Of a DNA stretch of 64,000 nt, positions 51,841 to 64,000 are shown one piece after another; within the stretch, counting starts at the first letter, position 1, and each line of letters opens with the position of its first letter. Under the pieces are notes generated by a model. The model was not told the DNA's origin. It was given only the letters and a program-made list of their open reading frames with translations, and did not search any database. Location: NCBI RefSeq assembly GCF_009914755.1, contig NC_060947.1; one strand, given 5' to 3'. Origin of the DNA: the human T2T-CHM13v2.0 reference genome, Homo sapiens. The position numbers and the translations under genes were made by a program.

Positions 51841-54800
51841 TTTATATTTAATTTGCATACAGTAAAATTTGCTCATATTAGTGTACAGGTCTATGAGTTT
51901 AAACAGATGCCTAGAGTCATAACCACCACCACAATCAAGATATAGATCAGTTTCTTGCCCCTCCAAGATTCCTTTGCCAGCACATATATTTTTGGCCTGC
52001 AGACACCCTCTATACCCGCTAAGTCTCAGATGCTCAGCAGCTCTGGTAACATCTTTGGTACAGCCTCGAATACAGCACACTTTTGGCCCTCCCGAAGTGG
52101 GCACAGCAGGTAGAGACAAATGGGGAAAGTGGGTCCACGCAGTCATGAGAGGAGGAGATGGCCCCACAGGTTGAATCTCTCCCCAGTCATACTCCCATGG
52201 CTGGAATTCAAAGCTCTAGCAAGAGGCAGACCCATTTTGGTCTGGTTTCAGGGCATTGTTAGTGCCTTATCACTTAGAACTAGATTCTATACTGAGGCTT
52301 AGAGAGAGAATCAATTGCTTACCAGATTTCAAATGTACCAAGATCAATTTTGAAAGCCTTTCTACTAGTGCACACTGGAGCAGCAGGCTCAATACCAGGC
52401 AGTTATTGCATCATCTTAAAAGAAACATTCTCATAATCAATTAAACTCATTACATTTGAATATTCAGTTCCTGCCAAAGCACAATTTAAATCCTCATTTC
52501 AAAATAATGTGTTCGCAGAAATCAGGTCTACTACGTAAATGACATCATGAAACTATTTCAAGAAGCATTACAACGTCTTTTGCCAAGGCAAAAGTTATTT
52601 GAAAGGGGCTTTCCAGCATTGCTTAGAACATATGTGCTCGCTGGTACTAAACTAGATACTATGGAACAATGGTGGCTAGCCTTACGGTCTCTAATTTTAG
52701 TATTCATAACAGAATGGGCATTTACAGAGAATCCCCTTTGTAGATTTGTCATAGAAACTGTCCTTGGGGACAAAGCCCTTTGGGACTTCTCAGAAGTAGG
52801 ACAAATTCCTGAAGGAGTTACAGGTGCGTATCAGTCTAGAACCTTGATTGCAAGCAACAGAATTGGACTCTAGATGATTTAGGCAGAAAAGGAATTCATT
52901 AAAAGGATATTTGGGCAGCTTCCAGAATCAGTAGGCGGGCTGGAGAAGCAGGTTTGCAGCCAGGAACAACACTCAAACCACGCTGCAGAACTGGTCTGGT
53001 GAGGAGCCCACTGCAGCAGCACCTCAGAGCACTTGTCTGCAGTTTTCACCAGGGACACCCTGCAGGGAGCTCTATCTTGCTGCAGATGCCAGCACTGCCT
53101 TGACAGAGAGACTCTTCCAGGGTCCTTGAATCTTTGTCTTTAACTCCTAAGGCAAAGTTGAGAGTGACTGGGCTGGGGTATGTGCCAGCCCCCTAGCTGT
53201 GAGGGAGAGTGAATGTAGAGGGAGGTAGGATCTGCCTCCTTCCAAGAATCATAAGATGGGGAAGTCCCCAACCAGAGGAAGTGGGTTCAAATGTACACCC
53301 AAAAAGAATAGCAAATGACCCAGCACAGGCTGACAGTTGGAGGCTGCTTGGTGTCACGTGGCACTAAGTTAGTCATTGCTACCTCATTTGGGGGCAGAGT
53401 AGGCTGACCCTGAGCTGAGGAAACTGATCAAAGAAAGAAACAAGAGCTCTGTTTCCCTCCAGAGCCTTAATATTTTGCTGCAAGATTGGAGGAAATTAGA
53501 ACTGACTAAAGGAGAGGGGAGCTGTACCAGGAGCTTCAGTGCCTGGTACAACTCAGAGAAAGCAATCGGTGTTGTCCTGAGAATACAACTTCCTTGTCTA
53601 GAGAGCCTGGCATCCTGACTTGGGTGGTCTGGGGGTGAGTGGGTGGTAGTGGTGGGTGGGGAGAGAGATTTTTAGAGTGACTTGTACTTTTCTCAGCAAG
53701 CCATTGCCTTTGATCACTCGATGGGCTGCACCTAAACATAACTGGGGACAAAGTCAGGCACCACAATATCGTTTCTAGTTGCAGTCATTTAGTTCCAAAG
53801 ATAAGAAGTGTAGATATAACAATTCTAGGGAACTTCTGCTCTAACATTCTTAGTCTATCAACTCTTACCTAGATTCACATTTGCTGACAACAGTACTTGG
53901 ATCAGCGAGAGTACAGAAGCACAAAATTGAGTCTCACCATCCCTGAAGAGACCCACAACCAGAGGGATTTAACTGACTTTTATTAAACATATTTGGGATG
54001 CTCAGATCTGGTCAGAAACAGCAGTGGAACAAATATGAGGCATTCTTGGTACATACCTGAAATGCCACAAGGATGAATTAGTGCCATAGGTTTTGCTGCT
54101 GCATCTAGGTGTTTGGATATTACACTTGGCTGCCCACTGATCTCTGATTTGAAATGGGTGAGGGTGGCAAGACTACAGGAAACTTCACTCAGTGTTCAGC
54201 CACCCTTGGTCCTACCACTTAGCCATTACTGCTGCTCACTATGAATAAGAAAAAACAAAAGCAAGGGTAACAGCAGGCTAAGGAGACTGAGTGCTGCCGT
54301 AAAACTTGGGGCTGCCTGGAGAGCCATCACTAGCTACCTATTTCCTAGCATGTGGTAAGGAAACTTGGGCCTTTCTGCTGTGTACAAGGTGTAGACACAA
54401 AGTGGGGCTAATCCAGATAAAGTGATCTACCAAAATAACTTCTTGCTTATAAAATAATTGGTTAGAAAAATTATCCCCACATACTCCAGGGTAGACAGAG
54501 AACAACCCCTCCCCACCTCTACCCACTCAGAACAGAAGGCAAGAACAAATCCCTTGAGGGATACAGCTTTGTATGAAATTGAGGAAAACTTCATCTAAAC
54601 CATGAGAAAGTGAGGGAGTTGGGTAGTGAATTCAAGTAAGAAGAGGGCGACAGCCACCTATCAAGCTGCCTACTCACGTGTAGCCCTGAGGAATCCTGTG
54701 CAGCACCCTTTGAACCAAACAATTCATACATGGAGGTAGGCGGGTAAAGCAGACAGTGCTGTCTGGCTGCCCAAATCCATTTCTCCCCCTTCTTCCTTGT

Positions 54801-55285
54801 TGGCTTGGTCCTGTTGTGGTCATGTGCTTAGGGAAAGGACTCTACCCTTGCCTTGTGTTGCGGTGATGGTGGAATCTTGAATGGTCAATGCCAGTAATTG
54901 ATGGACTCATGCTCCTTGACAGTGATTGGGTTAGGTATGGGTATGTGACATAGTCCTGGGACCTGAGGGGAAGTCTCTGGGGACTTTTGGGAAAGGGTTT
55001 CCTTGTAATAAAAAGAGATTTATGGGAGGAAACTCCCCTCTTCTTGACAGGATGTGGTCTGCATGCAATGCTGGCACTGCTACAGCCACCTTGCAACCAG
55101 GAAGCAACATCTGCTGTCAGCAGAGGAAGGCAGAGAAAAAAGAATGAAAGCCCCTGTGCCTTTGATGATGCCATTTGATTGATGATTCAGTCAGCTCTGA
55201 AACCACCATGTAGGAATTTTTGTACTAATTCTAGAAAATGACCCATCCCATTTTATCTGGGAAAGGGTCGTGGGATGGAGAGTGA

Positions 55286-55287
<2 letters not shown>

Positions 55288-55318
<31 letters not shown>
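55288..55318. repeat. (TG)n microsatellite, ~15 units
   Basis: Direct reading. Confidence 0.95.
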
Positions 55319-55320
<2 letters not shown>

Positions 55321-56022
55321 GCACAAAGATTTTTACTGAGAACATAGTGTAGCAGCAGGTTATGAAAGCTCAAATTTTGGCAAATACCTTGTGGCAAGGA
55401 GTCCCTGGGAGTAGGCCGAGATCCTGAACAAAATGAAACATTTACTGGTCCTTCAAGGTAATGAAGACCAGCCACTGGGTGTAGTAATGTAGCTGGTCAG
55501 TGGCTTGAGAAGGGCCAGGCTAATGGACCAGAAGGAGTAGTACCATGAGAAACACTGATTTGGACCACAGAACCAAACTTACACCCATGGCCAGGAGCTG
55601 AGTCTCAAGGGCATCCATCCCATGAATAGAAACATTATGTTACTTGTGCTTCAAGATCTTGCTACCCACGCCTCTGTGAATACATGAGAGAACTGTTGTC
55701 CTTGCTGCACTCTAGGACCTCACCTTATCACTACCCTCTTGTCACATAAATGGAAACAATATGCTGTCTGTGCTTTGAGACCTTGTACCACAGTCATCTA
55801 GCCAACGTGTGAGAACTTTTAGCCACAGCACTTGAAGGAGTGCTTTTAGATCACCCTGGACATCTACTGGTGTCAGAGAGGAGCTCCTATGTCTACACTT
55901 TGTGACATGGACTGGGACATTTAGTACATCACCAGCTAGGGATAGGGGGCATAGACATTGTTACACCCTTGCAAACTGAAATACTAGGCTGTGATACCAA
56001 CCTTATTATAAAAAGCAATGGC

Positions 56023-56318
56023 AGGCTGAGTGCGGTGGCTCACACCTGTAATCCCAGCACTTTGGGAGGCTGAGGCAGGCAGATCACCTGAGGTCAAGAG
56101 TTTGAGACCAGCCTGGCCAACGTGGTGAAACCCTGTCTCTACCAAAAACACAAAAATTAGCCCGATGTGGTGGCAGGCACCTGTAATCCCAGCTACTCGG
56201 GAGGCAGAGGCATGAGAATTGCTTGAACATGGGAGGCAGAGATTGCAGTGAGCCGAGATCCCACACTGCATTCCAGCCTGGGAGACAGAGTGAGACTCCA
56301 TCTCCAAAAATAAAAAAC
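56023..56318 (+). mobile_element. AluS element
   Basis: Full Alu consensus. Confidence 0.9.
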
Positions 56319-57352
56319 CAATGACAATGTGGGTACTAAAACTATATGGCTGGACTTAATTATAAGGCAGTCATCCAAATCTAGAACATGCTTATAATTG
56401 TTGTATTTAGATTATTATCAAAAGAAAAATACAAAATTAAAATGTATTTGAAGAATTTATGAACAGCTGAGAATACATTTTTGGATCCCCAGAAGACCAT
56501 GGACCCTAGTTTGAGAAACATTAGGTTAGGACAGTCTCAGAAGAGATTCTCAATATGAGAAGAAGTAATACTGAAACCTAAATTGGACTTTTCTTTGTGT
56601 GACATGAGGAGTGATGACTAAAGGCTTAATCTAATGTTTCTTAATATAGTATGCATAAGAATCACCTACAATGCTTGGTAAGATGTACATTCCTAGGCCC
56701 TACTCCCAGCAATTCTGATTCAGTAGTTCAGGCATGAGGTCCAGAAGTGTACATTTTACACAGGTGATTCTGATTCAGGTGTATCACAGATCATACTTTA
56801 AGAAACACTGAACCTGCCAACAAGAAATGGGCCACTAAAGTGGATACAGTCCCAAGAAGGAGAATTCTCCCCAATAATCATCTTCCATGGGACCAAGAGG
56901 GACAACAGGCCAGAGGAATTCTCCCAAGACAGAGCCAGAGTTGGGAGCAGAGAGATTGGTTGATCAAGGCACTCACTCTACTATCAGGGAAGAGGATCTT
57001 TGCTACCCCAGTGTAGTCAGGACTTTGGACTGGTAGTGACTGCTATGTGCTGTTTCCTCTTCCCTTTTCCAAATGGTAGGTGTCTTCTTGTTGTTGTTGT
57101 TGTTGGTTTGTTTTCAAATTAATGAACTTTATTTCTAGAGCAGTTTTAGGTTCATAGAAAAATTGAGCAGGAAGTACAGAGAGTTTCCATATACCATCTC
57201 ATCCGTCTGCCAACTCCAAATGGTAGTTTTAATTTCAGTTATCTGGTTTTCCTTCTACTGTTGTGCACTGTCTATATTGGAGTTTGCTTAAAAGTATAAT
57301 TTAAATATGGTTTGCCCAACCATGAGGACTGTATCATTTCAGATTTTTTTCA

Positions 57353-57717
<365 letters not shown>

Positions 57718-57825
57718 TTAACAGTTTTCTTGAGATTGAATTGATATGTATTAAATTGGACATATTTAGGTGTCCAATTTGGTATATATATATAATCACA
57801 ATCAATTTATATATCCATCACCATC

Positions 57826-58370
57826 TGTATTAGTCAGGGTTCTCTACAGGGACAGAATTTTATGGATAGATGTATATCTGAAGGGAGTTTATTAAGGAGT
57901 ATTGACTCACAGGATCACAAGGTGAAGTCTTAAAATAGGTTGTCTGCAACCTGAGAAGCAAGGATGCCAGTCAGAGTCCCAAAACCTTAAAAGTAGGGAA
58001 GCCTTCTTTTGTGCAGCCTTCAGTCTGTGGTCAAAGGCCTGTGAGCCCCTGGCAAACCACTGGTGTAAGTCGAAGAGTCCAAAGCTGAAGAACTTGGAGT
58101 CTGATGTTCGAGGGCAGGAAGCACCCAGCATGGGAGAAAGATGAAGGCCGGAAGACTCAGCAAGTCAAGTCCTTCCATGTTCTGCCTGCTTTAGTCTAGC
58201 CGCCCTGGCGGCTGATTAGATGGTGCCTACCCAGATTGAGGGTGGGTCTGCCGATCCCAGGCCGCTGACTCAAATGTTAATTTCCTTTGGCCACCCTCAA
58301 AGACACACCCAGGAACAATACTTTGCATCTTTCAATCCAATCAAGTTGACACTCAGTATTAACCATCATA
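57826..58370 (-). mobile_element. MLT2A-like (HERV-L) solo LTR
   Basis: Termini tgtattagtcagggttctcta and caatccaatcaagttgacactcagtattaaccatcata; 5-bp TSD CCATC at 57821-57825 and 58371-58375. Confidence 0.85.
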
Positions 58371-58391
58371 CCATCCAAAATTTCCTTGTGA

Positions 58392-59236
<845 letters not shown>

Positions 59237-59441
59237 GTAATTCATTTTATTACTGAGTAGAATTCCACTGTATGAATGTATCACAATTTGCTTATTAATT
59301 CGCCTGCTGAAGGACCTTTGTATTGTTTTCAGTTCAGGGTTATTAAAAATAAAGTGGCCATCAACATTCTTGTACAAGTCTTCATATGGAAACATAGTAC
59401 TTTCATTTCTCTTGGGTAAATTCTTAAAAATAGAACGGTCA

Positions 59442-60853
59442 GGTCTTTAGCCCTCTCCCTCCCCCTCCCCCTCCCCATCCCCCTCTCCCCACGTTCTCCC
59501 TCTCCCTCTCCCTCTCTCTCCACGGTCTCCCTCTGATGCCGAGCCAAAGCTGGACTGTACTGCCACCATCTCGGCTCACTGCAACCTCCCTGCCTGATTC
59601 TCCTGCCTCAGCCTGCCGAGTGCCTGGGATTGCAGGCGCGCGCCACCACGCCTGACTGGTTTCCGTATTTTTTTGGTGGAGACGGGGTTTTGCTGTGTTG
59701 GCCGGGCTGGTCTCCAGCTCCTGACCGCGAGTGATCTGCCAGCCTCGGCCTCCCAAGGTGCCGGGATTGCAGGCGGAGTCTCACTCACTCAGTGCTCAAT
59801 GTTGCCCAGGCTGGAGTGCAGTGGCGTGATCTCCGCTCGCTACAACCTCCACCTCCCAGCCGCCTGCCTTGGCCTCCCAAAGTGCCGAGATTGCAGCCTC
59901 TGCCCGGCCGCAACCCCGTCTGGGAAGTGAGGAGTGTCTCTGCCCGGCCGCCCATCATCTGAGATGTGGGGAGCGCTTCTGCCCCGCCACCCCATCTGAG
60001 ATGTGGGGAGCGCCTCTGCCCCACCGCCCCATCTGGGATGTGAGGAGCGCCTCTGCCCGGCCGCGACCCCGTCTGGGAGGTGAGGAGCGTCTCTGCCCGG
60101 CTGCCCCGTCTGAGAAGTGAAGAGCCCCTCCGCCCGGCAGCCGCCCCGTCTGGGAAGTGAGGAGCGTCTCCGCCTGGCAGCCGCCCCGTCCGGGAGGTGG
60201 GGGGCAGCCCCCGCCCGGCCAGCCGCCCTGTCCGGGAGGGAGGTGGGGGGCAGTCCCCGCCTGGCCAGCCGCCCCGTCTGGGAAGTGAGGAGCCCCTCTG
60301 CCCGGCAGCCACCCCGTCTGGGAGGTGTACCCAACAGCTCATTGAGAACGGGCCATGATGACGATGGCGGTTTTGTTGAATAGAAAAGGGGGAAATGTGG
60401 GGAAAAGATAGAGAAATCAGATTGTTGCTGTGTCTGTGTAGAGGGAAGTAGACGTAGGAGACTCCATTTTGTTCTGTACTAAGAAAAATTCTTCTGCCTT
60501 GGGATGCTGTTAATCTATAACCTTACCCCCAACCCCGTGCTCTCTGAAACATGTGCTGTGTCCACTCAGGGTTAAATGGATTAAGGGCGGTGCAAGATGT
60601 GCTTTGTTAAACAGATGCTTGAAGGCAGCATGCTCGTTAAGAGTCATCACCACTCCCTAATCTCAAGTACCCAGGGACACAAACACTGCGGAAGGCCGCA
60701 GGGTCCTCTGCCTAGGAAAACCAGAGACCCTTGTTCACTTGTTTATCTGCTGACCTTCCCTCCACTATTGTCCTATGACCCTGCCAAATCCCCCTCTCCG
60801 AGAAGCACCCAAGAATGATCAATAAATACTAAAAAAATAAAAATAAAAAAAAA
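59442..60853 (+). mobile_element. Full-structure SVA retrotransposon (older, probably SVA_B/C-like; ~1.4 kb)
   Basis: CCCTCT hexamers at 59451-59535, antisense Alu-like region, GC-rich VNTR at ~59900-60325, SINE-R, AATAAA and A tail. TSD aaaaatagaa(c/t)ggtca at 59426-59441 and 60849-60864 at a TT|AAAA site. Confidence 0.96.
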
Positions 60854-61215
60854 TAGAATGGTCAAACCATGTGGCAGGTATATATGTAAGTTTTTAAAAA
60901 ACAAACTGTTTTCCAAAGTTCCTGTATTATTTTATACTCCATTAGCAGTGTGTGAGAGTTCCAGTTCCACTGATTTGGTTAGCCTTTTTAATTTTAGTCA
61001 TTCTAATAAGAGGGTATTGGTATTTCGTTGTGGTTTTAATTTTCATTTCCCTAATTCTAACGATGTGAAGTATCTTTTCATGTGCTTAAGTTCCATCTAT
61101 ATATCTTCCTTGGTGAAGTGTCTGGTCAAATCTTTTGCCTGTTTTTTAAAACTGTAATTGGGTTGTTTGCTTTCTATTACTGAGTTTTGCAAGTTCTTTA
61201 CATACCGTAGATACC

Positions 61216-64000
<2,785 letters not shown>

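Noticed and set aside
59439-60818. ORFs of 70-185 aa with repeated motifs
   Set aside because: They are translations of the SVA VNTR, Alu-like and SINE-R regions.

Overview
Hominid (most likely human) genomic DNA, not prokaryotic. It is dense in Alu, L1, MaLR/ERV and DNA-transposon fossils and carries one SVA. Two CpG islands (~21.7-22.8 kb and ~24.5-25.5 kb) are the alternative minus-strand promoters of a large gene that I recognise from its 5'UTR sequence as HUWE1 (Xp11.22). Non-coding exons lie at 24935-~25076 and 24617-24715, with an alternative first exon at 22221-~22480 and a shared 138-nt exon at 18404-18541. Positions 1-18403 are the intron before the first coding exon, which lies outside the window. 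25.5-64 kb is repeat-rich upstream intergenic DNA. No host protein-coding exon is supported; nearly all listed ORFs are Alu, L1, SVA or GC-rich artefacts. I see no evidence of a wholly new biological system. The most interesting signals are isoform-specific uORFs and an 11-bp G-rich tandem repeat in the HUWE1 leader, an L1PA2 with a short 3' transduction, a ~105-bp templated copy captured inside an Alu 5 kb from its donor, and a tandem duplication preserving the empty site of an AluY insertion. Subfamily names and the gene identity come from recall of consensus sequences, not from a search.
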